This document shows, one piece after another, positions 35,585-48,400 of a DNA stretch of 64,000 bases. Location of the stretch: contig CM052825.1 of NCBI GenBank assembly GCA_028534125.1, forward strand, positions 868,001-932,000. The letters are read 5' to 3'. This DNA comes from Lama glama. Lineage: Eukaryota. The position numbers and the translations under genes were made by a program. The stretch's first letter is position 1; the number at the start of each line of letters is the position of its first letter. The notes beneath the pieces were generated by a model. The model saw only the letters and a program-made list of their open reading frames with translations, was not told where the DNA came from and did no database searches.

Positions 35585-37084
35585 CATACCCAGATGAACC
35601 CCAGATTGCCCCATGACAGAGCTCCAAGGGGATGCACAGTGCCGTTATGGTGAAAGAGGGGCCTCTGTCTTGGTCCAGAAGGCCAGAGATGGCTTCCCTG
35701 GGGAGGGAGCACTGCGGCCTGAGACCTAGAGGATAAGTGGGAATTGACTTGTCGCAGAGGAAAGGGGAGAATGTTCCAGGCAGGAGGAGAGCACATGCAA
35801 AGGCCCCGAAGTGGAAGAAAGTCACAGACAAGCATCCAAGGAGTGAAGGCGCAGGGCAGGAGAGCTGGGTGCAGCTGGGGAACGGGGTGGGGAGTGCCCA
35901 GCAGGCCCCCCTGCTCTGCCTCTTCTGTCATCTTCACACCCGCTTTCTCACAGAAAACTTACAGCCACCCTTTAAAAGTGGGCTGACTCTACCTACTCTG
36001 CAGCTCAAGAAAATGAGGTTCCCAGAAGAGAAGGAAGCACCCGATCTGCCAGGCAGAACTGGGACTGAGGAGCCCCGGTCCTGGCATGAGGGAGGGTCCT
36101 CCTTCCAGCGTGTGTTCAGACCCTCTCAGTGACGATGGGGGCCCCTTCCCTGGGAGGCCAGCAGGGACAGTGGTGGAGACCACGGAGGACCCGGCCAGAG
36201 GCATCACTAATATGCACCTCCAAAGCCAGCTCCAGGAGGATGCGATGGTGACTGGACCCCTCCAGGGTTCATGGTGGCGAGCATCCGGAATCACACCTTG
36301 GAGTGGTGGGGTGGGGTCTGCAAACCCTTCAACTGGTGGTTTTAACCCCAAGCAACAGATCTGACCGGGGCTGATGGACTGAGCTGGAATGGAAGCAGGG
36401 GCGCCTGTTCAAACACAGCTGAGCTGGCGGTGCCCTGAGCCCTCGCAGCAGAGGGAAAGTGTGTGTGGTGTGTGTGTGGCGGTGGGGGGAGGTGAGAGAA
36501 AAGACCGGGCAGTACCCGCCCGTGCGGCCCTTCCCGCAGGACTTCTCAGAGCCTTCATCCCCTGCCATGCACCCTGCCTCCCAAGGGAGCTGCCACAGGG
36601 GTTCCCAAAGTGACGTACCCACGGAACCCCTGCTACTGGAGGGTCTTACCAAGCGAGTGTCGCACAGAACAGACCTGGGAGCCCTGCTGGAATCCTCACT
36701 CAGCTCGGCTTTGCCCTGTCACTCTGTCCAAGGCTCCGAACTTCCGAGCCTCCTCATCTATATGGTAAGATGGGTGCCCCGGTCCCAGTTGCACCAGGGC
36801 TGACCTGTGGAAGTGCCCAGCCCGTGCTGGCCATCGTGGGAGATGGATGCTCGGGGGGGCGGGGAGTGAGCAGAGCCCCCCGGATGGACGCCAGCCCCTC
36901 ACCGACCACAGATGAATGACGTTGGGGGTCACGCCGGCGTCACAGCAGGCTGTGCAAGGGGTGTCCCCTCCTTCCCCCTCTCCCAAGGCCATGGTCAGGT
37001 CAGCCGACTGCTCACTCGGGCAGCTGAGGATGCCAAGGCCCCAGGCAGGAGAGAGCTGGAAGCTGTGACACCCCATTTTAAGGG

Positions 37085-37575
37085 GCTACCATTAATTAAT
37101 TAGGCCCAGTGAATAATGCATGCTGCCTGGGGTATATTAATAGCATATTTATACGGCCTGCTATGGATAGTATACATCCTCGTCGGAAGTCCTTGCAAAT
37201 AATTCACGAGCCTCTCCCTGCCCGGGCTCTGGGGGAGCCTGGCCGGTGCTTCGGCAGGGCTCATGGGCTGCCTCCCACAGCCGAACTTCGCATTTCATTA
37301 CAAATGGCTTTGCTGGGCACGTCGGTAACTTTTACATTTCCATCCACTTTATTATTAATGGCTTTCCTGAACTGTAGCAGCCCAGCGTCGCACACAATGC
37401 GTTATAAATATTTGATCCGGCATCTATAGTCTGCCATTTATCATTTATAACGGGTTACAAAAACATTATAAAACATTTACCGCACATTTATAGATCATTT
37501 TCGGCTACCGTGACGATGTGTTATAAATACATTATTAATCCTCCTCATGCCATTTATAGGAACCCCTTGTAATGG
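37085..37575. promoter_or_regulatory. Candidate developmental enhancer: AT-rich cluster of homeodomain-type sites
   Basis: TAATTAATTA plus nine TTTAT/ATAAA sites in about 450 bp, within otherwise GC-rich DNA; not a repeat I recognise. Confidence 0.5.
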
Positions 37576-40500
37576 GGCCTGGCCCTCCCGTCCCTGTTAA
37601 CACCTTGCAGGGGCTGGTGGGGCAGCAGGCAGCAGGGCCAGGGTGGATGGAAGCCCAGCCCTGCCTCCGATGGCTGTGTGTCCTTGGCCATGTCGCAGCA
37701 CCTCTCTTCATCAAGCAGCTCACAGTGACAGACACCCTTCCCTGAGCACTTCCTCTGTGCCGGCCGGTGCTCACCGCACCCTGAGACTCAGGCACTGTTT
37801 TCATGCCCATTTTGTAGACGTGGAAACCAGCCCTCAGAGGGGGAGGACTTGCCCGAGGCCACAGCCAGGGATGGCTGGGCTGGTGTTACAGTCCTGGGCT
37901 ATCTCTCAGTGCTGTCCCAGGTCGGGGTGAGGGGTCATTCAAGGCTATCCCTCGCCTTCAGGGGAACAGGGCTGGGGGGCTCCAGTGGGTGGAAGGCAGA
38001 TGAAGGTTCAGGGCGAGGCAGCCTGGGGCGGGGAGACCTAGGGTGGCTGGCCTGGGGCTGGGGGCCCCGTGCTTTGCCACCGCAAAGGCTCTCCTGGCTG
38101 GAACTCTGCCTGGGTGCTACTGTGAGGCTGACCAGGGATGAAAGTGTCCGAGGGGTCTTTGGGACCCAGCCGGCCCACCCCAGCGCCCCAACTGCAACTC
38201 AGCATCTCAGGAGGACCCCTGGAGGCTGAGGGCGGTGGCAGCCGTCCAGGTGTGCAGGGCACCACGGTCAGCAGCTGATCCCCCTTCGGAGGGGTGGGGG
38301 GCCCTGGGCTCTGCAGCCAGAAGTCCAGCCCCAGTCCTACTGTTCCCCTGTGCATGGCCGGTGACTGTTCCCTGGGCAAAGGCCTGCTGAGCCCGACTAC
38401 ATGCCAGGCCCACCCCTTGTTCCCTCCCCACCGAGCCCCACAGGCCGCTGCAGGCCTAACTCTACGCGGGGAGGGCACCAACAGGAGACCAGGCTGCGGG
38501 ATCACCACCCGCACGCCAGCCTGTGCCCGACTGCAGACTGCCGAGCTGCGAGTCCCACCTGGAACGCTCCTCCTCAGCCTTTCAAGACCCAGTTGACACC
38601 TCACCTGCCCCGAACAGCCCTTCCCAACTCCCGCAGGGAACCTAAGCCCGGGGCCCCTGGGGCCCCACCTGGGTCTGGCGCTGGGCCAGGGGCCTGGACC
38701 GGGGAGGGGACCCTGGGTGAGAACTGTGACCTGTCCTCCCTAGAGCCTTCCGAGCACGCCACTTCCCCAGGGAGGGATGGTGCGGCAGGTCCTGGGGGTG
38801 TCACCCATGCTCTTCCCTGCCCAGACACCCGAAATGACCCCACCTCTGCCTGCCCCGGCCCCGCTCAGGTGGTTTTAAGTTGCTCTGAGGGAGGAAACCG
38901 GCGGGGGGGGTCCTGGCCCAGGACCCCTGGGCAGCCCTCCCAGGCTGAGCGCTGGGCACCGGCTCTGCGCAGCCTTTGTGGGGAGGACTCAGGGGCCCTG
39001 GGGCCCCGGCTGCCCACGCCTCTCTGGTCCCCTGCCAGCCGCTGGCTGTCTGGCCTGTTTGAAGGTCAAGGTCTACCCCTTCCCAGGACTGAAAATGAAA
39101 CCAGGAGGCGTTTGTTCTGAGGCCACAGGGAGCCAGGTGAGCTCGTCACCATGGGAACACCTCGCCTGGCCCCACCCCGCCCCACCTGGTGAAGGAAGCC
39201 TGAGGCCTGGGTGCCCTTTGATCTTGCCTAGACCTGGCACTGCAGGCCCCTCCCCGGGCACTGAGGGGCTCGGCAGGACTCCCGTGGGACGCCTCAGCTC
39301 CGATAACCTCCCTTGTCTTGTCGGGTGGGTGAGGGCAGCCCCTCCTAATGGGAGGTAAACTGAGGCCCAAGGGGAGTCCAGCTGCCCAGGGTCACGTGTC
39401 AAGGACTGAAGCCCAAGTGGTCCCCGCCCCACCCCATGTACCTCACCACCTTCCTGACACTCAAGGACCCCGTTCCCCAAACCCAGCCCGTGAGTGGTCA
39501 ATCTCCCAGGACTTGGTGGGCTGTGGGCTGCTCTGAGCCAGGCGAGAGCCCGGGGCTGGGAGCTTGGGTGGGACATACAGGCTTCACATCTTTGCCGCAG
39601 TCCTCCCCGGCCCTGGCTCCCGCCCCAGGTCTGGGACGTTGGGCTCTAGGAGGAGACTGGACTTCATTTACCCCCACACCTGCTCTGCACACCCCAGGCT
39701 ACACATCCTGGCTGGAGCGACGAACAGAACATACAGACCCTGGGGAAGAAGGCACCTGACCCCGTGTGCAGGAAGGCTTCTTGGAGGAGGTGCCACAGGA
39801 GCTGAGAGCTGAGGATGGAGTGGAAGCCGGCACAGTGGACAGTGAGAGGAGGAGAGACCTGTGCAAAGGCCTCGTGGTGGGAGGGGAGGTGGCAAGCCTG
39901 GGCTTCAGCAGGGACACAACAAGGGACTGAGCTGGAGCAGAAGCGTGGGGACCCTGAGGTTCTGACTGGCTGTGCGCGTGGTACTTGCGGACCTCTACCT
40001 CTTGATAGCAGGGGCCCGTCCCGCCCTGTCGGGGCACAGGCTCCATGTTCAGGCCTGAGAGGCAGGCAGCCACTGGGGTCTGGAGTTGGGGCACGGGGTG
40101 CAGAGCAGGGACTCAGGCTCCCGGCTCACACCGTGTATACAGGAGCAGGCCGGGTGAGACCCAGGTGAGGCATCGGGACCCTGGGGGTCCTCCCTCGGCC
40201 TGCACACGCCCTCACACTCACCCCGCACTCACGCAAGGCCGCGCCCCCGCCCGGCATCAGCTGGACCTCGGGCCCTTCTCCCCGCGGCCTTGGGCTGGGC
40301 GCATGCCCATCTCCCCACACGAGGTGGGGCACAGACTCCCGCTCAGCGCCCCCAGGATCCCATTCCAGCTGGTCACCCAGAGCCCGGAGCCCCCTCCTCA
40401 GGCCTCAGTTCCTCGTGTGGAACACAGAGACGGCCGGGCAGCGCTGACAGTGACAGGACCGTAGAGGAGCACTGCCCTGCCCACCTCCCCAAACCCCTCC

Positions 40501-42060
40501 TCCTCCCCCGTGCCGACCCGAGGGTCCCGCTGGCGCCCCTGGCAGGTAACACTGCAGGGCCCAGCCTGGTGAGTTCGGGTTCTGTGGGTGCCGCCCACCC
40601 CTAGTCCCGCTGGGACGTCTGCCTTCGTCGCCTGAAGGTGACAGCAGTTGGAGTCCCCTCGCCCATATGGCCAGCTACCCTTTGTCCCTTCCCCACCCAC
40701 CCTGTGGTGAGGGGAGGCCAGGCCTCGGTAGACAGAGCCCAGGCTGTGTCCCACCAAAGCTCCCCGGGGCCTCGGCCCTGACACGGGGGGAACCGGGCGG
40801 GAAGGGGCCCAAGGGCCCACCAAAGCCGGGCCCCTCACGGAGCCCAGGGCCGGGGAGACACTCCTCTCCCCACCCTCCCACACCCAGGGGCCTGCACTCC
40901 CTGCCCACAGTCCTGGGAGAGGCAGTGGCACTTCAGGTCACGTGGGTGTCCCCGTGGCCATCACCCCGGCCCAGCGGGCGGGGCTGTGGCACTTCCGGGC
41001 AGGGCACCCTGCACATGGCACCCAGGCTGGGCGGCAGGTCTCAGGGCTGCATTCCAGCCCCCAGGAGTGGCCATCAGGCCAGTTCCACGTGCCCCCTGAC
41101 CTGGGCAGTAGGAGCCCCACGAGAAACAAGCCACATGGGGCAAGGGGTCCCGGGGCTCCACCCAGGGTCGGGCAGGACTCGGACACTGTGGGTCGTCATA
41201 CAGGCAGCAGCGTGATGGCCGACGGTCAGGGGCTCAGGGACCAGGGAATCTGAGTGGTGGAAGCAGGGACCAGGGAGGAGGGAGGGCCTCGCGGCTCCCT
41301 GGCGGCAGGTGACTGTGGCCGACCAGGGGGCTCTGGGCTGAGGGGCACAGTCCTGTCCCCGAGGGCCTGTCTGGCCTCATGACTGAGGTTTGGAAGGACC
41401 TGGGTCTGTTTTCAATCACAGCGCCCCCTGGTGATCCTGCTGAGGGGGACCCGGGCAGGCAGGGGACCCTGTCTGAAGGGGCACAGGGGAGACGGACACC
41501 TGCTGAGTGCTGGGCGCTCACAGGGAGCAACGGGAGACTGGGGGCGTCAGTGTGCGGGAGGGGACGGCTTCACTCTTAAAGCTGGGACACTGGCCTGGAG
41601 AAAGCAGCACCGACTGGGGCACCCTGGGGCCCTCACAGGAGACGGCCCTGTCCCACGGGGCCCCAGGCCAAGTTCTCTGGCGTAGCCCCCACGCCAGGAC
41701 CCCACGCAGCTCTGCGGCGACGGGAGGGGTGGTAACGACACTGGCGGGCTCCGGTGCACCAGGTTCCTGGAGCGCAGCCGAGGGTCTCGGGCCCTGCGGC
41801 CCGCCCAGGGTGGGAGGGGAGACTGGTCCGCCTGAGTCCTGACAGGCTGAGCCGCGGGCGACGCCCAGCAAGTCCCTCTCGCCCTGGTGCCCGGCACCTC
41901 TCCTCCCGATGTGGCCAGAAGGAGGAGCTGATGGGCAGCAGGGAGGAAGGGGACCCTCGTGTCTCCACATGGACACCCCACTATGCCCGCCTGGGAGCAG
42001 GCTGGCCCAGCAGACCAGGGAGGCAAACTACACCAGCAGCCACGTAGGGAGTTCAGGGCG

Positions 42061-42066
42061 TTTAAT
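42061..42066 (-). terminator. Probable INTS1 polyadenylation signal (ATTAAA variant)
   Basis: tttaat on the + strand about 260 nt after the stop; the only PAS-like hexamer I saw nearby. Confidence 0.6.
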
Positions 42067-42328
42067 CTGAAACCAGCCCCAGCCGTGATTCACCAGGACA
42101 CGAGAGTCTCCTTCCAGCCGGGCTGCGCCCTGTCACCCTGCAGGCAGGACAGCCTCTGGGCAGGCGGCCCTCCCAGACTGCTGGCGGGGGGCACCGGCCG
42201 TGGCTCTGAGTGCTGCCCCGCCTGACCCTGGGGCGGTTCCTCCCCTCCTGGAAGACGCCACCGCTGGACCAGAGGCCTCCGGGCTCGGCTGGGCACCCCG
42301 GCGGGCGTGCAGTTGGCCAGGCGCAGGC

Positions 42329-42444
42329 TCACATCACGGCCTCCATGTGCAGGACCCTCAGGGCCTCAGAGATCTGGGCGCTGGTGTCCACCTGGCCGTA
42401 CATGCCCACCAGGAAGGCCCGGTGCAGCAACACAGCTGCGTGCT
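42329..42444 (-). CDS. INTS1: INTS1 last exon, coding part (stop TGA)
   Basis: HAAVLLHRAFLVGMYGQVDTSAQISEALRVLHMEAVM*. Confidence 0.94.
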
Positions 42445-45400
42445 CTGCGGGACAGACGAAGACCCTGTCAGGCCATGCAGGTCTGACAATCTGGCCGTGA
42501 TGGGCAGGTCATCACGTGGCTCTGCAGCCTCTGGCCCTTTCCTGAGAGCCTAGCACTGGGGCCCGAGGGCTCTAGAGGCACTGGGTGCTGGGCGGGCGGG
42601 GCAGGGATGGGGCTCACCTTGGCAGAGGAGGGTGTACTCTGGCAGGTTCCGGAGGGCCGTCTGTGCCACCTCGAAGTCCCGGCTGCCCAGGCAGTACATG
42701 AATGTGGGCAGGAAGTCGGCCGCGATGCTGAAAGAGCCACGTGCTTGGTGGGCACTCCAGCCCTGGCCAAGACCCCGACTCCGCCCCGGAGGCCCAGGCT
42801 GGTCCCGCCGGACAGGGTGACGCCGGGCTCACCTGGGGTTGTTCTGGATGGAGCGCAGAGCCAGGCTGAAGGCCAGGCTGCGGCAGGACTCCTCGGCGGA
42901 GCCCATCAGCCGCTGCAGGCTGGTCTGCGAGGGGAGTGGGGGTGTCAGCAGGGTGACTCTCCCATCCAGCGCTCAAACCCTCAGCCTCAGGCCAGCCTCT
43001 GACGGCCTGTGGCCACAGCAGAGAGGGCCGTGGGAATCCCGACCCCCAAGGCCCAGCCACTCCCTGGGCTTTGGGACCTCAGCACCCGTGAAGCAGCGCA
43101 CCCCAGTTCCAGGTCTGCCTATGAGCACCTAGGGCATGGCCGACTTAACACACTTGGTGCCCGCCCCCCAAAGCCCAGTCGCTGAGGGCCCTGCGGGGTG
43201 ACGGCAGGAACAGGGGCCCCACGTGGCTTCACCCTCCCATCCCAGGCTCTGAATCGCACCCCAGGTCCTCCCAGCATGTGGCGTGAGCCTCACACACACC
43301 CCAGCTCCCTCACCGAGAAGAAGCCCAGGATCTCGGGTCTCCGTCGGGACATCTCGTCCACATCGCTCAGAGCCTCCAACAGATCTGTGCCAAGCGGGGG
43401 GCTCGTCAGGGCTGGACCACGGCCCCGGCGCCCTGTCCACCATGCAGCCCAGGGGCAGGAGGGGTGGGGGCCAGGCAGGGACCCTGGCTCCCCGGGTGCA
43501 TAGGCCTCCTGGAACCTCCACACCATCCTCAGCGCCTGCTCAGGCCCAGGAGCCCCGGCCACTCCGGACGGAGCACACCAGGGATCTCCAGGCTTCCCAG
43601 CCCCACCAGGTCCCCAAACCCGGGTGCTGACAGAGAGGGAAGTTTTCAGAGGTGTGCACCCCTGAGCCCCTTTTCCGGTAGGTCTGAGGGGCCCAGGTGC
43701 CTGCATTTGTGCCAGGCCCCCCGGGTGCACTGTCCCTGGCCGGCCTGAGCCACGCTGCAGACACATGGCCCTGCCCCAGGCACTGGTGGCCACTCGGGCC
43801 CTCAGCTCCCCCGCAGAAGACCAGGGGTTGTCGGCCAGGGCACTGCTGGGCCTCTCTTCCCCTGTGTCCACGGGGACTCCGGGGGTACCCCAACACTACT
43901 GGCCCGTAGAACAGTGCCCCCGGCCTCCAGCCCCTGCTTCTTCCTCTAACAGCCTCTCTGCGCCCTGCCCTCTCCTGGCTGCCCCAGCAGGAGACACCTG
44001 GACAGCCTGGGTCGCAGTGGGATCCGAACACCACAGGAACAGAATGGGAGGCTACTGCCCACCACAGGGCTGAGCTGGCCTGGGGGAGCCAAGCCCCCAA
44101 ACTCACCCTCGACCGTCTGGCCCCGGGAAAGCCTCTTCATGTAGGGGGCCATCTCCGCTGCGGTCAGAGGGGTGAAGAGGGAGACGCTGACCAGGGGCAG
44201 GGAGCCAGCAGAGCCCTCGTCTGCAAGACAGGAAGCCGGTGCCGTCGGGCTGGAGATGAGACAGCCCACCCCAGATATGCCATCCACGAGGGCCCTGGGA
44301 GGAGGTGCGCCCGGGGCAGCGGCCCAGGACACACTCAACACTGAGGGACACCTTGCTGAGCAGCGCCCAGAATCACAGGAGACCCCCGGAGACGCGGCCC
44401 CCGTCCCAGGCTGAGCATAGGGCCTGCGACACCAGGGGCGCTCGATGAACGCAGTGAACAAGGAGCCTGCTGGGGGCGCCTGGGAGACTGCACTTTCCTC
44501 CTGGGCTTCACCTGCTGCTGCTCCTTCCTGGGCCCACCTGCCACCCAGGGAGCGTGGCTGGCAACCTTCCCTGTGCCGCTCGGGCGCACAGCAGGTGCTC
44601 AATGAAGGCGCCTGGCACAGGGCACCGTGCTTAGCGTGTCCACGGGCAGCCAGGAGTTCCGCTCAATACGTGACTCAGCAAAATTGGGGCAGGATGGCCG
44701 TGAAGGGCCAGCAACGGACCCAGGCCCGTCACTCAGCTCGTTCACTCATCCACCTGGCTGTGGGTGCCAGGTCACCACTGGGCTGTAAAGGCCACAGGAT
44801 GGAGACGGGGGACAAGGACAGAGAACAGGAGAACGTGGCTGGCTTCCCAAGGACAGAGGGGTGCTGTGTGGTCACACTGGCCACAGTGCCACTCGGTGCT
44901 TCGTATATGCCATGGATTTGGGGCCATCGATGCCCCAGGGACACCCAGGACAGCCCAGCCTGCTGCCCCTTCCCAGAGGAGCTCCGGGCCCTGCTCTCAC
45001 CTTCGCCCTCCTCATCCAGGCCTCGGTCGGCCCTGCCGTCCCTGCTGGGAGGGCTCAGCCCTGCCAGAAGCGACTTGAGCATCACCAGGTCGCTGCTGTC
45101 AAAGGACAGGTCGCTGGGGGAGCAAGGTTCTCTGTGAGGACCACGCCGCAGGTGGGAGGCAGGCGGGGGTCCCTGGGGAGGGGCTCGGGGGGCGTCCCCG
45201 GGGCCAAGGGAGGGAGGCGGGGAGCCAGCTCAGAACAGCCCTGGTTCTGTGTCCAGAGCCGGGTGCCACGCCTGGCCCATCCCTGCTGTCCTGGGGCCCC
45301 CACGCTGCGGGTGGCATCCTTCCCACCGCCACGCCCCTCCCGGCAGCCCCTGGCGGGACCCTCGCCGCGAGAAGCCTGGGTTGGACGCGCACTCACTGGA

Positions 45401-48400
45401 GCACGTCGGAGTGTTTCTGCAGGAAGGCGATGGCCGCCGGGGCGTTACAGGTGATGTACTTGTGGGTGAACTGCACGAACTTGTTGATGAAGGGGGCCAG
45501 GTGGCGGGAGGACTTCCTGTAGTTCTGCAGAGAGAAGCCAAGCGAGGGGGCATTCACAGCAGAGACCTCATGGTGAGCGCACCCTGGATGCCCCGGCATG
45601 CTGCCTTCTGCTGGGCAGCATGCTAAGGTCCCAGAGGATCAGAGGTGGCCTTGCCCTTTGTGAACCCTGAAAAACATGGGGTCTCCCAGGCACGTGGGCA
45701 GCGGGGAACCTTCCCAGGGTGAGGCTGCCAGGCAGGGGCCCTCCTCTGCAGGGTCCCAGCAGTGCTGGGAAGCCCCGCAGCCCCTGTCTGCCCTCACCCA
45801 GCAGCCCTGGGTGGAGGGGAGCGGATCCCCAGCCCTGGTTAGAAAGACCAGGCCTGCCAGAGCCACGGGAGAAGGGGGGGCCGAGATGAATGGGAAGTGG
45901 GTTCAGAATGATGGGGGCAGGGTGGGGGGTGGGCTGAGAAGGGTGCAGGGAGAGGGACGAGGCCACATGCCCCCTGAGGTCCCGGCCCCTGTGCGTGGCC
46001 CACACCCTAGCCGTGGTGTCCAGAGGGCAGGGGCCAGCAGAACAGGATGGCCTTCCCCCTCCCCTAGAGCCCAGGCTGGGCAGGTGGGCGGGTGGGCAGT
46101 GGGGTGGGGGCAGCACCCACCAGGAGCAGGCGGACGAAGGAGAGCAGGCAGTCCCACAGCGCCCCCTGGTGCTCGCTCTGGAACACGTGCGGCTGCAGCA
46201 GCTCCAGGACACCCAGTACGTGTAGGAAGAAGCTCAGGTGGTTCTGCTGCCGGAACTCCTGGAAGTTGAGGTGCGTGCGGCCGTGGAGGAGAGCGGCGAT
46301 CATGGGCAGATGCCTGGGGGCGACGCGAGAATGCTGGGTCCTGCCTCCCCTCCCCCACCCAGAGAGCCAACACCCCGGCCCCACGAGCTTCTCATCCTCG
46401 CTGACACCCCGACTGGGCGTGTGGGGCCTCTGCATCCCCCTGGTTCTGGGCCACTCGGAGGCCCCTCCCGCCGAGGCTCCTTAGGGAGCTGCCAAGGGCC
46501 TCGAGCCCCTGCGAGGACCAGCTTCTGGCCATAGTGTGCATTCCCGAAGGAGCGCCTGGAGTGGAGGCCCGCTCGGGGCTAGGGCAGGAGGGGCACCGCC
46601 CCTGAGCTTGGCTGGGGGCGTCCCCCGAGCCCGCAAAACCACCGGGCCGCAGGCAGTACCTGAGCAGCAGGAGTGGGTGGGCCACGGCCAGCTTCCGACA
46701 GGCCATGTTGGCGTCCGCCACTCGGTTCTCAGACGCCCGGGAGTCACCGGTGTCCGCGAGGAGGGTGATAAAGCGGTGGATGAGGCCGTCCAGCTGGGAG
46801 GAACGGACGGTCAGAACCGAGGGCTGCCGTCGCGCCCTGCCTGCCCCCGCCCCCGAGTCTGCTGCCCACCGCTGCAGGGGCTACAACAGGGCTCGCTGTG
46901 CAGGGGCGGACCCCTGGGGCCAGGGTCCCCAAACCCCTTGGGACCCCCATGGTGACCCAGAGAGCTGCCCCCAGTGCTTCCTGGCGCTTTTGAGGGTCAA
47001 ACAGGCCGCAGCTGAAGTTCCCAGCCAATCTCAACACATAGTGTGTGCACTCAGCCTCTCCCCACAGACAGAGGCAAAGGCGCTCGGTACCAGAGCCAAA
47101 ACCACTCCACGCAGAGAAAACCAACCTCACAAATACAGCGTAAGTTCAGTGTTTAAGACAACACGTGACACACAAAACAGAGAAAACCAGCTGCAGAGAC
47201 GTCCGCATCCCTCCATCTTGTGAAGCAGGGCCGGGAAGCGGGGCCGGGGAGAGCCCCCACGCCACGGCGGGCGGGCAGTGGGCAGGCTGGTCCGCCGCGG
47301 ACCTGAACTGCACTGCTGGGGGGCCCACTGATGTGCAGAGACAGAGAGGGGCGGCCTGGGGCGGGAGGCGCAGGACCGCCAGAGACACGCCACCCTGGCT
47401 GTCATCACACCTCGCGGCCTGCTGTGGGGCGAGGGGGCCGTGAGCCGGCACCTGCCCTGCTCTGCTCCACACCCAATTACTTTAAGAAGTAAAGTTTGTT
47501 ACCAGACCTTCCAAGGGATCGGACAGGCGAAGGTGGTGGGGCAGGCGCTGCCCTCGGACACGCCACCACCACTCGCCAGGTTCCTATGGTTTTTAAACCC
47601 AAAATAATGCTTCTCCGTTTCCCAGTTGGGGTTTCCACTTCTAGAGAACCGGAGCGGCCCGCTAAGCCCCAGTGGACCTCACCTTGCATATGCTGCTGCC
47701 GGCGGCCCCCTCGCTGTGCAGCAGGACCTCAGGCACGGGCACCCGGAGCTCCGGCCGCTGTAGGTAGAGCTGCACCAGCAGGTCCTGGCAACACCTGCCC
47801 AACACGCTGGAACAGACCAGATGTGGGGTTGCTGCGGGTGGTGCCCAGAGCTGGGCGGTGGGCTTCTCGGCAGGGGCTCCAGGCCCGCCACCGGCCCGCC
47901 TCATGCCCATGGTGATCACGTCGAGGGGCACCTGTGGTCACATGGGCGAGAGGACAGGGCGGGGCTCCTGAGCCCATGGGGCAGGCCCTCACCTGTCGCC
48001 CCACTGCTGGATGCAACCTGTCAGGTGCGCTGCCACCTTCCTGACGCTCTGGTCCTCCCCGCGGCAGCAGCTGAGCAGCAGGGGCAGCCGGGCCTGCAGG
48101 AGGCCGCAGGCACCGGCGTCCCCGTCCTGGCTCCGGGCCTCTGCCTCCGCCAAGACCAGCTCCACCAGGCCAACGAGCTCCGGGGCCCGCACCCGCAGCG
48201 CCAGCTCCTCCCGCCGCCTCTGCAACCATGCGTCCGCCAGTCAGCCGGGCAGGGCGGGCTCGCATGCCCGCCACCCACTCGCCCTGCGGGCAGGGTGCGC
48301 CCCGAAACCTGCCTGGGGGGTGCGTTGATCCCGCCCCTGCCAGACCCGAGGGACGTGGATGCAGGCCCAGAGGAAGTCCAGGGAGGCCGAAGGGTCGAAC

